A stretch of DNA of 64,000 nt from Podospora anserina (lineage: Eukaryota): the NCBI GenBank assembly GCA_017654855.1, contig CM030332.1:7068001-7132000 (forward strand). Reading direction: 5' to 3'. Positions 11,270-23,392 of the stretch are shown piece by piece (position 1 is the first letter of the stretch; each line of letters opens with the position of its first letter). The notes under the pieces were generated by a model. The model was not told the DNA's origin and did no database searches. It saw nothing but the letters and a program-made list of their open reading frames with translations. The position numbers and the translations under genes were made by a program.

Positions 11270-14200
11270 ATGGCTGCGAGCACGGCGACGCCGTTCTCTA
11301 CCATGAGCCCTCTTTCTTCCATGAATCCCACATCCACAGAGCACGACTGGCGCTTCCCCCGGAGACCTCAGGATGCTGCCCACAACCAAAGATCCAAAGC
11401 TGATCGAGTCACCGCAAATGCACACCCAGGCCAGCCGACCACCGGCCAGAGGATAACCACCACCGCAACTTCCTCCGCCCGTCCGAGGTATCCTGCCCTG
11501 CCCTTTGACGCTCCTGCTCCATACAATGGCCCTTACCATGGATTGCTTCAAGCTGCCGTCTTCCCCCCTTTTGAGCGCACCAGCCCCAATGTCGTCCAGG
11601 GCTTTGATGAGATGCAGAGGGAAGACCCCTTGGCTACACAGATCTGGAAGCTGTTCGCGAGGACGAAGCAGCTCCTCCCCAACCGGGACAGGATGGAAAA
11701 TTTAACATGGAGGGCGATGCATATCAAACTGCAAAAGGCCAAGCAGGCCGAGGAAGCCAAGTAAGTTTTTCGACTTTCCCGCATGGAATTCTGGGAATAC
11801 GCCATTGTTGGTGAGCTCCGCTGACTCTCCGGACCCCCTCAAGACGGGAGCGTTCGCGTGCTGCGGCACTCAATGCGCCCAGCGGAATCGCTCAGCAGTT
11901 GCGCCAGTCTTCGGATCATGACGCCATGAACTTGGACGAGTACATCAACCATGAACTTGTAGGGACCCCATCTGGCATGGCACTTACCCCCGGATCGGAG
12001 AGCGCCAGGCAAGCCGATGAACGCTCCAGCTACTCCACGGCCTCTGCAATCCCCATCAAGTCGCGCAGGGACGCAGCACAGCCCATGGTTCCGCAATCTG
12101 TTCCTGTGGCCGCACATCAGCGCGTGCCAGAGGAGTTCGGCTATCTCCCCCGGCAAGTTAGGAAAACGAGCATCGATGAGACAAGCAGAAGTGTAAGTCT
12201 ACGGGCCGACCCCCCCCCTTCCCGCGTATCAACTTGTGATTGTGTCAAGGCATCCCCGTTGAGGATCAGGTGATCTGACCTTGTCAATGTGTCTCTAGAA
12301 CCGGAAACGACCTGCCAACTTCTCTCCGCACGTCTCGGCCATGAACGGTGGCTTTGGAACCGGCGGGCTGGACGCTGATCAATACTCACTCGATAACAAC
12401 AATTCGCAACAAAACACCATGGCACAAGCGAACAATCAGCCAGGTGTTCCATTTCCCCTGGACACCTTCCAGCTCGACAACGACCCTATTATCACCTCTG
12501 CTGGTCCTTTCCAGCCCAACTTTACCTTCTCGCCATCGACTTCGCCTATGGTTGCTCATGATCACTTCTCTGTTTACAACGGCAACACGATGCAACCAAG
12601 CTCGCTTGCTGGCGCAGACTTTTACTCGCCCCCTGGCTCTGCATATCAATCTGCAGTCTCCACCCCTCACCCACTGGCCGAGGGCGGCGAGGGGTTTTAC
12701 TTTGCTTCCATGGATATGCGCCAGCGCCAGCAGCCATATCGGCCGGGCCCGTCCGGTATCAACAACACCCTCAGCCAGCAGTTCAGTTATCCGAACAGCG
12801 GCAACATGATGTTCGCCACGACGGCCTCGAGCGCCGACCCCACCTCTGCTTTCACTGCGCCGAGTAGCTTTGGTCACATCGATCCGTCAACGGTGTTCGG
12901 ACAGGATCATGCTGCTCGCTCCCCCGGCGTTGGCTTGGGCCAGGATCCGCCCATGTTTTTTGGGGGCGCCGAGTCGGATGATGAGGAGGGCGGAGTGTTT
13001 GCTGACAGAAACCTGTCAATGACCATAGAAGACAGCTTCGAAAGCTCAAGCTCGTCGTTGGCGTGGGATCCCACATTGCCCGGTAACTTTAGCACGCAAG
13101 CTGCGAGATATCCCGCCGGGCCACCCCGTAAACATGTCGCGATCGGGGGCACGACGACCGAGTTTGTCGATGCGAATGGGGATTACGGTCTGGCTAGATC
13201 TCACTCTCAGTCGTTCCGCACGACCAATGGACGCCAAATCAAGATGCCCCGGACGGCATCGACACCAGGATTGGCCAACATGGCTCATTCCTTCGGACAA
13301 TCGAACCCCAACTCGCCGCCGGGTGATGCCATGTTCACTGCTGGCCTCTCATCCGTAGCAGCCAGCCGGCCTTCTTCACCTCCGCCGGGATCAATGCACG
13401 GTTCTACCACGAACCTCCAGGGCGCCGGTGGCAACCAAGGGGACAGCAGTGCTCCCACCATGTGCACGAACTGCGCTACAACCACAACACCTCTCTGGCG
13501 CCGGAACCCCGAGGGCCAGCCTCTTTGCAACGCCTGCGGCCTGTTCTTGAAGCTTCATGGAGTAGTCCGTCCGCTCAGTTTGAAGACTGACGTAATCAAG
13601 AAACGCAATCGTGGATCAGGGTCCAGTTTGCCAGTCAGCGGAACCAGCACTCGATCTAAGAAGAATGCCGCTTCCAGCTCTTCTAGCAACCTGTCGGGCG
13701 CGACCGGCCGGAAGAACTCCACTCTTTCCATCACTTCCAATGCCAACCCTCCGCCCACACAAGTGAGCACACCTCCGGCTGCCCAACACCGATCGAACAG
13801 CATTCATGATGGCGAAAGTCCCGCGAGCGGCCCCGCCTCGGGGGGCAACACGGCTGGGAGCACCCCTACTAGCTATCATGGTAGCGCTGGCTCTACCAGC
13901 GGCGTGGTTGGTGGCAAGGGTGTTATTCCGATTGCCGCAGCACCACCCAAGAACACGCCTGGTCCTGGCGCTGCATCCTTGACCAGAGCCGCGACTCTTG
14001 GTTCGAAACGCCAACGTCGCCACAGCAGATCTGCTGCCGACCAGCCTTCGAGCAGCATGGACATTGATAGCCCCGAGAATTCGACAGGTTCGAACGAAGC
14101 CGCCCGATCAGTTGGATCTAGCAGCGGCTACTCCTCAGCCCATGCCACCAACAGTATGAGCTTTACCAACGGTAGCAGTTTCGGCGTGTCTCAACGCCCT

Positions 14201-14314
14201 CCCGGCGGATCGGGCTCTAGAGGCGCGCCCGGCAACCAGTCCTCGACCATGTTGAGCGGTAGCGGTACAGGCGGCCAGCCCCAAGAGTGGGAGTGGTTGA
14301 CTATGAGTCTCTAA
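11270..14314 (+). CDS. areA: GATA zinc-finger nitrogen regulator AreA/NIT-2; exons 11270-11760, 11844-12192, 12299-14314
   Basis: N-terminus [41 protein letters not shown] domain, RKTSIDE and [10 protein letters not shown] motifs, GATA finger [50 protein letters not shown] and C-terminal WEWLTMSL are all AreA/NIT-2 hallmarks. Both introns restore frame. Confidence 0.97.
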
Positions 14315-15499
14315 AAAGCCGTGCGTTTCTTCAGGCGCAGGGAATTCTTACATGGGCATTGGAACCCTTCTCAGTCTCCGATCAACCTCGAGCCTTGGTA
14401 ATTGGTTATTGGCCAGCCTCCGAGTTCGGTCTGAATCGGACTTTGGAGCTTTGGTACGCGGCAGACTCTACAGGACTATCGGAATCAATATCAAAGCATG
14501 GATTTATAACCATGCTTTGTCTTTCTTTTATTTACGTTTGTCGTGGCTTCTTTTTGGTGTATTTCTTTTTGTATATGGCTTTTCTCTGATACCACGATGA
14601 TTTTGACCTGGTGCTGGGCAGACAACGGGGATGGCGTGGTCGATGACGCTGGCGCGTTCGCTACGAAACAGCCTCGATGATGGTAAAGCGTCGCAACGCT
14701 CTTTAATTTCGGGAGCAAGGCGATTGGTGTGGTGGGAGTCCCTGGGTTACACTGAATAGATCGATCAGGCGTTGCGGAGACGGGTGAGGAGAGAGGGGCG
14801 AAGTTGACTGCGGGAAGAAGGCTGGCCGTGATGTTATGTTTTTGTGGCATGGCTTCGTCCGGCCCGCGTTTTCTGGTCTTTTTGGGTACTTTGTCTTTCT
14901 GATGGTGGGCTTCAGCGGTTCTTATTACACTCGACCAAGTGCCCATGGGACTGTTTCCTTTGCAGCGAAATCTACAACTGGCTGGCATATGTTAGATTTT
15001 GGTTGACGCTTTCCTTCTTTTGTCTCCCGGTGTGGTAATGGGCATCAACGTGGGCCTCTTTGCTGATGATGGGCGAAGTGGGCAGCGGGATTCTTTTTCA
15101 TCATCTTTTTCCTTTCCTACAGATTCTTTGTTAGACAATCCGGGATACCCTAGTTCGAGATGAGATGGGCGGGATGGGGAGCGCGAGAGAGAGAGAAGAG
15201 ACAATTTTTTGCTGGAATCCTTCGTTTTCTTCTCAGGGTAGGAAGAAGGTTGCACGCCCAGACAAACACGAGATGGATGTATGGGAGGCCACAACAATGA
15301 CGATGATGGATGACAGCGGGTCAGAATAGCAGGAGAGGGCATGATGATGAATTTCTTTGCGTTGTCCACGCAGGGTTAGGTTTCTTTGCCGACCTTGTTG
15401 AAGGGAAGATTGGCAATGAAAGGGATACCTAATTTCCGACTAACAGGGAGAGGAAAGCGTGTTGTAGCAAAGTATAGCAACAGGTATAGCAAATGGTTT

Positions 15500-15532
<33 letters not shown>
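15500..15532. repeat. (TA)n microsatellite between the convergent areA and ALDH 3' ends
   Basis: tatatacatatatatatatatatatatatat seen directly. Confidence 0.9.
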
Positions 15533-15738
15533 GCATACAATTGGCACACGTGAATACAAAATGTCTTGGCCAGTGTGTGATGCCCGATGTGACTGGGAAA
15601 TGCCATCACCCGAAACGAGCTACTCGTTTGACACTTAACTTGAAATATCATTATTATTCAGACACCTCAACACCCATTCATTATATATACCACCCCTATC
15701 TCACACCTTACCCTCCTTTTGCCTCACCCGTCACCTTC

Positions 15739-17697
15739 TCACATGTTCCCCATAATATTTCCCAACCCCTTCGCCAGCTTCCTCCCCCACCCCGGAGCGT
15801 ACCCCATCTCCACCACCCCCCTAGCAAACCTCGAGCTCCTTTCTTGGTCGTTCACAGGATACCTCATCGCAGGCGGGATACTCGTCCTCACCCCCCCAAA
15901 CCACCACCAAGCCCCAAACCGATCCTCACACACCGACTTGACATTGCACAACCCCCTCAACCCTTCCTCCCCGGCAAACCTCCCGTACCCACTGCCCGCC
16001 ACCCCGCCAAAAGGTAGCTGCACCGCGTACGTAGCCCCAAAGTCGTTGACCGCGATCATTCCCGCCTTGATCTTCTTCACAATCACCGGTATTCTCGGGT
16101 CCGTCTCCGCTCCAAAAACAGAACTTCCCAGCCCGAAATCGGGAGCGTTGGCTACCGAGAGGATATCCTCCACCCTGTCGGAGGGCGTCTTCATCACCGT
16201 CATCACAGGGGCAAAACACTCCTCGTTGGCGATGGCCATGTCGGGAGTCACGTCGACCAGCAAAGTGGGAGTAAAGTAGTGACCCTTGGGGTGGTCAGGG
16301 TGGGTGTACCTCCTCCCGCCGGCCAGCAGTCTCGCCCCCTTGGAGACGGCTTCCGAGATGAGCGATTCGAGGCGGGAGAAGGAGCTGTCCGAGATCATGG
16401 CGCCCACGTCCTTGTCTTGGCCTAGGCGGAGGGATTTGACGCGAGGTTCGAGGAGGGAAACAAGTCTGTCGTAGATGCCCGGGGTGGCGATGATGCGCTC
16501 GATGCCGATGCAGTTTTGTCCCGCTGCCTGGAAGGAGCCTCGCAGCAGGGTTTCAACCACGCGGGGGACGTCACGGTCGGGCAAGGAATCGAGGATGATG
16601 GAGGCGTCTTTCCCTCCGAGTTCAGCCACCACGGGGATGAGGGCCTTCGCGGCAGAGGCGGCGACCTTGTGGCAGACGGGGCGGGAGCCGATGAAGGTTA
16701 TGTGGGAGATTCCAGGGTGGGAGGTGAGATGGGAGGCGGTTTGGGGCCAGCAGACTACCGTTTGGATCAGGGAGGGGTTGTGCCCGTGTGCGACGAGAGC
16801 ACCTCGCGCGATCGAGGTGAAGTAACCGGATGACCAGGCGGTTTGCTCAGAGACCTTGACGACGATGCCGTTGCCGGAGAAGAGAGCCGAGATGACGGGG
16901 CCGATGAAGTTGTGGAAGGGGTAGTTCCAGCTGACCAAGGCCGCAACAACACCGAGGGGTTCGTGGTAGACCGTGTTGCGCTTGTAGCTCATGAGAAGGT
17001 TGGTAGGGCGGCGGGAGGGGCGGAGGGCCTTTTCACCGTGCTTGATGGTCCATTCGAGCTTTTCGGCCGTGACGAGGATCTCGCCGAGCTGGGCGTCGAC
17101 CATGGATTTACCGCTGTCGAGACAGGCGACGCGGCAGATCTCCTCTTGGTTGTCAAGTACATGTTGAAGCAGGGTTCTAAGAACCGCCCGGCGTTCGCGA
17201 AACGAGGTGGTGGCCCATTGCTCCTGGGCGGCCTTTGCTTGCTCAATGGCACGGTCGATAGCGTTCGAGGAGGAAGGGTTGGCGAAGCCGAGGAACTGGC
17301 CTGTAGCCGGCGCATAGCATTGAACAGCGGTAGATCCAGAGACCTGTTGAATACAAGCAATTAGTCTCCTGGTATATTCTAATATGATGCAGTGACCTCC
17401 TGCGCACCTTGATAGCTGGCTCCTCGAGAATCTCGACGTTCTCAGGAACCTTCGGCGACGGGACTCGATAGAGGATGGGCTTGTCGTTCTCCCGAACAGC
17501 CATATACCAAACAGCAAACAAAGCAATCCCAGACCAGACAATCGACCATGCGGACTCGGAGATATCAAGAGACCTGAAAGTAGTTAGCAACCAATCTTTG
17601 CGCCATCATCAATCCTCGTGGCCTACGTTTTCTCCTGTATCGCCAGGCGCAGCTGGATGAGCAAGCTCCTGGGAGCCTCCAGCAGTGTCTCCGCCAT
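15739..17697 (-). CDS. Aldehyde dehydrogenase family protein, MSC7-like, with N-terminal membrane anchor; exons 17697-17627, 17573-17408, 17343-15739
   Basis: ALDH motifs SWNYPFHN, FIGS, ELGGKD, GQNCIG (catalytic Cys), EECFAP and LPFGG. Introns GTAGGC..CTAAC..CAG and GTGCGC..CTAAT..CAG restore the N-terminus MAETLLEAP..WSIVWSGIALFAVWYMAV (TM segment). Confidence 0.88.
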
Positions 17698-18131
17698 TGC
17701 TGCTGATTTTTCAACTGCAATTGACCTATTCACGACACTGTCTGGAAGCTTTGGTGGTGTCGCGACTGGTTTTGTTGGGAGAGGAAGCTATGGGCACAGC
17801 TTCGGCGTGGGACGCGATGCTTGGTTGTTCCCTTCCTCACACCACTTTTTTGCGGGTCGTGCCATCTTAGCAGGGGCCCGGGCTTGGCGATGGCCCCCTG
17901 ACAACCAACATCGGATTCTACAGTTTCTCATAATCACAAGTGGCAAGACATACAAAATATTCGATAGAGAGGAAGCTCTCACTAAACATTGATAATAAGG
18001 GATGTATGCAAAATTGACTCTCCGACTAACTCTATACAGCGCAGTTGAATTGTTGTATGTGTGGGTGTGTGTGTTTGTTTGTGTCGTTTTTTGAGCCCAC
18101 CCTGCCCCCTTCTTCCCCAAACACAAGTACT

Positions 18132-18161
18132 ACCACCACCACCACCACCACCACCACCACC
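18132..18161. repeat. (ACC)n trinucleotide microsatellite
   Basis: About 10 ACC units seen directly. Confidence 0.9.
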
Positions 18162-18648
18162 CCCCAGCAAGTTCAAACTCCAAAAAATTGCAAATGCACC
18201 ATCCAAACGCCGGCTTCATTAACCTCAGAAAACAGTAAACAACAGAAACGACCTGTGTCTCGCAAAAAAAGGAGAGTATTCTGTCTTGACCACCCACCAC
18301 CACCACCACCAAAAGGCAAAGTCTTGTCTGAGTTACAACCTCCAAAAACAACCTTCCTCCCAATCAGCCCCTTCCTCTCTTTTCCATCCCCACCCTCACC
18401 ATCTTCAAGCTCTAAACGGCGCGATGGGTGCGCCACACAGCTCTACGTGGCAAAAACACCCGGGATATCAAGAACAAAAAAGGAAAAAGAGAAAAATTCA
18501 AAGACACCACAGAGGTAAATCGAGGAACAGCGGAGAGAGAAAGAGCAGCGATGCTGCCCTGCAACAACGCGTGTGTCGTCCCGGAACCAATATAATATAC
18601 AGTCGAATTTTCAACCTCCAAGAGCAAACACGCCTCCACAACACCAAA

Positions 18649-21600
18649 TCATTCAATGCTTTGCTTGGAGAATGCCGATAACCCCCGTTTCCTGACCGTG
18701 GTCAGGTTGAACCTCCGCTGCCCCGGCAGTCCTTGAGCCGAATGGCTCGACTCAATCCTACTGAGCCGCGCCGCCGAGGTGAAGTCGTTACTGGCCTCGA
18801 AGCTGGGACGGACCCGATCTATGGATCGCCTCACTCGGTCATACGACGGCCTGGCACGGTCTATCGAGGGCCGGCCAGGTCCGGTAATTTCTCTTTGAAT
18901 GCTGTCAACCGGCTCGGCCTCAGGGAGATCCATGGACTGCCGGTTTTGCATGATGTAGTTGGTGCCATCGCTGCCGTTCTGTGCGCGTGTGTTGTGCGTG
19001 GCTGCGATGGAGGGAGGATAGATAGGCCGCCTGTCTTCGTCCACGCTCGCATATTGAGCGTGCTTAGACTTGCGGCTTCTGCCCGACATCTTGCCCGAAG
19101 AGGCTGAAGAGCCCGTAGAGGTACCCTCGAGACCCTCGGACGCGGCAGCTGCAGCGGCAACAGCCTGCGGATCATCGAACAAGCCCTGCTTGGCCTGCTC
19201 CCGAATGATGTCCACATCGTAAGGGAACGTCTGCTTCTGAATGCATTTGACCACGAGACGCGGAAGCAAGCAAATAGCCGGCGTGACAATGAAACACATC
19301 CAAAAGGTCAACTCCTGGTAAACCTGGGGGGCGGCTTGGTAGAACGTGACAGCGTAGGTACTAGCCGTGTACACTCCAGTCCAGAAGAAGATGAAGATGT
19401 CGCTGATTACTATGGCGAGCAATGTCAGCCAATCCCATCGGTAGGTGTTGATGAGAATGTAGGCATTGATCGTGAAGACGGCCGGGTGGGCAATGTAGCA
19501 CCCAAGACGTGTGCGCTCTGCGATGTCCAGTCCGTTGCCGGCTGCTGTGGCCGTCAAGGTGACGAACACGAATGGGATGAAGAAACAAGCGGCGGACTGG
19601 TAGACACCATCAGCCATATATGCCCTGGTGTGAACGTTAGCTTGAGCCTCCACTGCGTCTGCGGAAAGGGGAGTGTTACTTACCAGAACTTGGTCTGTGT
19701 CCATTCCTTGCGCTCAATGCCACGTCGATAGAGCTGGGGCACCACCAACGACACAGTGTCCGACACATCCTGGTCCAACACACCCATGAGGATGACCGGC
19801 ACCGAGGTGAAGAAGAGGTTGAACATTAGGATATAGGTATACTCGTAGATGTAAGCGATGTCGAAGTTGCAGTAGATTTGGAACCAGAAAATGGCAAAGG
19901 TCCAAATCATGTTCTTGTAGAAGAAGTTGCTAATCGACTCTGCCAAGCGCCGGTAGGACCATCGACCGTGAACAAGAACAAGCCTCTGCAAGAAGCGGAA
20001 CTGTCCAATGGCATAATCCGAAGACATGACGGCTTGACGACCTTCGACACCAGCAATACCGACACCAACGTCGGCTTCCTGGATCATGGCCACATCGTTG
20101 GCACCATCACCAATCGACAGGGTCATGACATCGAGACCATTCTTGACCATGGCAACCACGGCGGCTTTTTGGGCGGGACTGACACGGCAGCAGAGAACTG
20201 ACTTGCACTGCTTGCACAAGAGCAAGAACTTCTGCTTCAGAGCATCGCTGAGCACCCAGCGGAGGGTGAAACCGTCGATGACGAGACCGTGAGTAGCGGC
20301 CGGGGGTTCGTGGTCCTTCTTAGCCATCTTAAGCTCTTCGTCACTGCCAGTCATCTGAAACTTGGCCAAACCGTTGTCGAGTTGTTCTTCAGCGTGCGCC
20401 AGATAATCCTCTTCCGAAGACATGCCACTTTCATCCTCGTTAACCTGGATGCGAAGAAGGTCCATGTCGTTGTGCAAGAGGTTGCAAGAGAAACCGATGT
20501 TGATGGCCGTTTCGACCTTGTCGCCAGTCAGGACCCAGAGCTTGATGCCGGCATCGCCGAGAAGAGCGATGGTGTCAGGGACACCGTCCTGAAGTCTGTC
20601 TTCAATAGCCGTGCCGCCCAGCAGGGTCAAGTCACGCTCAATCTTATCAGCAACCTCTTCGAGCCTGTCCTCGCGGTTTTCCAGCGCGGTGGCGGCAAGG
20701 TCGTGCTCCTTTCGCCACTCGCGGTATTCTTCCTCGGAGAGCTCCTTTTGTGCAATGCACAAAGTACGGAGACCCTCGATGGCGAACATCTCGAGATGTT
20801 TGGCGGTTTCCTTGCGAAGTTCCTGCTGTTCTCCTTTCTTGAGACGCGAGTAAATGATGCTGTCGGCACCCTTGCAGAACAAGATGATCTTGCCGTCGGG
20901 CATCCTCACGATTGCGCTCATCCTCTTTCTGCTAGAGTTGAATTCGATGGTGTTGAGAACCGGGTAATGCCTGTCCTCGCCCATGACGTTGACGTTGATC
21001 CCATCGTTGGCGGAGCCGAGGACTGTGAAACCCATATCGCGGGCGGTTGCCACCAGGGCAGCCTCATCTGGAGATTGAGCCTTGAATTCCATCTTAGGAG
21101 GGTTGCCGGGAACCTTCTCCGCGATCACTGTGTGACAGAGAGCAAGGGCCAGCATGAAATGCGCGTTTGCCTCTTGCTGTTCCCTGCCGTTCTTACCAGC
21201 GAGATCCTCCACAAAATCAGGGGCAATGAAGGTCAAGTCCTCGTCATGCAGGTACGGGTTCTCATGGAGCGAACGAAGGCCTTCCAGGGCCCTCACCTTG
21301 GCTGCGGCGATCTCGGCCCGGATCACCTTCGCCTCGTTCTCAACGTCGATGCCCATACGCTTGTTCATGCCGGCCTGTGCCTCCGTGTAGGCCTCGCCGT
21401 AAGGTTGACCGTTGATCGTGGCTTTCTTGAACTCCATGACGTTTTGCGTGAGTGTGCCTGTCTTGTCCGAGAAAATGTATTCAATTTGACCGACGTCATC
21501 AGAGATATTCCAGGACTTGGGGATACAAGGCTGATCGATCTTATCATAGTACATTCCCATGTCGCTGTAGATGAAGTAGGCCTGTAGCGTCCGTACAATT

Positions 21601-23392
21601 TCGAGCGAAATGTACAGGGAAATCGGAATCAAGTTCTGGAAGACGATGACAGCAGCCCAGAATGTGATGAACCCCGTCAGTTCCGGCGTTGAGCCGATGG
21701 AGCCATATTCAAACCAAGCGAGCGAAGCATCGTCCTTGGCCCAGGTAACACCGTTCACAAAAGCAGCCACCAAGCAGATCGCCACGAGAATACCCAGATT
21801 GCAGATGACGTTGAAGTTCAGCTCGCGAGCGATGCGGGCCCGCTTACTGGGCGTGATACCTGCATTCATCATGATCTTGGTGTCGTGGCCGGTGAAGACA
21901 ACGATGCCGAGAGCCCACTCAGTATTGCGCAGATTGCATCCGCGGAGAAGCATGTTGTCGATGCTGATAGGTTCCGACATCTCCCTGGGCTCCCCTTTTG
22001 GATCCCAGGGGACCTTTTGCTGCCACTTGATCGCACCATTGTACTTGTAGAGATTTGCCTGAGGCGGCTCGCTTTCAATCACGAACCGAGCTCGTTCGCA
22101 ATCACGGGCATGCTTCAGAGTACGACCACATCGAAGGGCGGACCGAACTTTCAAGTTGGTTTCACCATCCAGGTTCTTGGTTTCGACGTAGCATGCACCA
22201 TCGGGATCCGAAGTCGCGAGAATGATGATATCGGCCGGAAGTTCGTCGTCGTTGTAGATACGGACAAAATCGCCCACAACCAAGCTCTTCCAAGCATCCC
22301 TGTGAAACCTGGCCTTACCAGAGATCGGAACGTCTGGGTTTATCATATCACCCTTGAGCGCTTGGAGAAGAAGGCCCTCATTTTCCACGGCGGTGGAGGT
22401 GCTGGGAGCCTCTTCATGATTTCGTGGCAACGGCGATGGTACTGGCGTCATTTGAATTTCTTCTCGAGCCGAGACAAACGAGTTTCGTGACATGGGTGAT
22501 GCGACCGCCTCCCAGGGTGTCGTCCTGGTCTCAATCGACATGCGCGGATCGACCGACTTCGACTTCTCCTCGGCAGCGTGTTCGTCCTTCTTCCATAACC
22601 CCTCGATGGCACGCCAGAGAGCTCCAAAGAACCGCGAAGTTGCCTTCTTTATCCTCCGCCAAAGAGAAACGTTGTCCTCCTCCACATTCACATTCTCGAC
22701 CCCGAGTAACCGATGAACGGGGGCATTGTTGAGCTCATTATCCAGGATCGTCCGTCGGTAATCTTCGATGGCGTCCTTGACTGCGGTAACGCAGATAATA
22801 AAAATTAGGGGTACGGCGTTTAGTCCAGGATTAACACCACCAAAAATAGGGAAAATCTGCCACAATGTTAACGATGACACCTGAAACGTTGACCGCTCAA
22901 TCGAACCCAGGGGCCACTCACAACTAGAATCACTATGAACAAGAAGAATATGTTGGCGACATTGTGAAATTGAAAGAAAAGGTTTTTAGGAATAAAGGAT
23001 AATGGCGTGTACTTGGCCGTTCGGATCTTGTTTCTCGTAAACTGTCGAGCCGGCTTGCCTTCTTCGTCTTGGAGTTCGCGTGGCAACGGCTGGCCAAAAT
23101 AAAGTTGTCTTGGAGCAGGGCCGCCCTCGTCGTGCGCACTCTCGCTCTGGGTATCGACCTCTTCTTCTTCTTCTGGGACAGCCTCCTCGGGCTGCTGTAG
23201 CGAACCTGCTCCTCCAGATGCCCTCTTCTTTTCCGACGCGGTCCGGTTGTGTTGTTTCCTGCCTATCAGTGATAGACGCTTCTTCGTCCCACTCTTCACC
23301 GTCATCTTCCGGGTGGCCCATCGTGTCCTCTGCATCGCTATTTCCGGCCCCAAGTTATCGTTCCCCTCTTCTGCCACTGGTGGAGAAGCCAT
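18649..23392 (-). CDS. P4-type ATPase phospholipid flippase, Dnf1/Dnf2 subfamily; exons 23392-22922, 22856-19684, 19624-18649
   Basis: [14 protein letters not shown]-terminal motif, NLDGETNLK actuator, [17 protein letters not shown] phosphorylation site, TGDKVETA and GDGAND motifs. Two GT-AG introns with branch sites restore frame. Confidence 0.95.

Noticed and set aside
10363-11403. 346-aa ORF overlapping the areA 5' region, and the in-frame open stretch 10934-11269 upstream of the areA ATG
   Set aside because: Low-complexity, non-protein-like composition typical of C-rich leaders. The ATG at 11270 matches the known NIT-2 N-terminus, so there is no evidence for an extension.
17344-17568. 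N-terminus of the 609-aa ORF in the track (MISPSPHG..)
   Set aside because: Artefact of reading through intron 2 in the wrong frame; the spliced model gives a sensible TM-anchored N-terminus
20289-21587. 432-aa plus-strand ORF and similar long antisense ORFs (616-1449, 28783-29355, 16843-17364)
   Set aside because: Antisense shadows of codon-biased genes on the other strand
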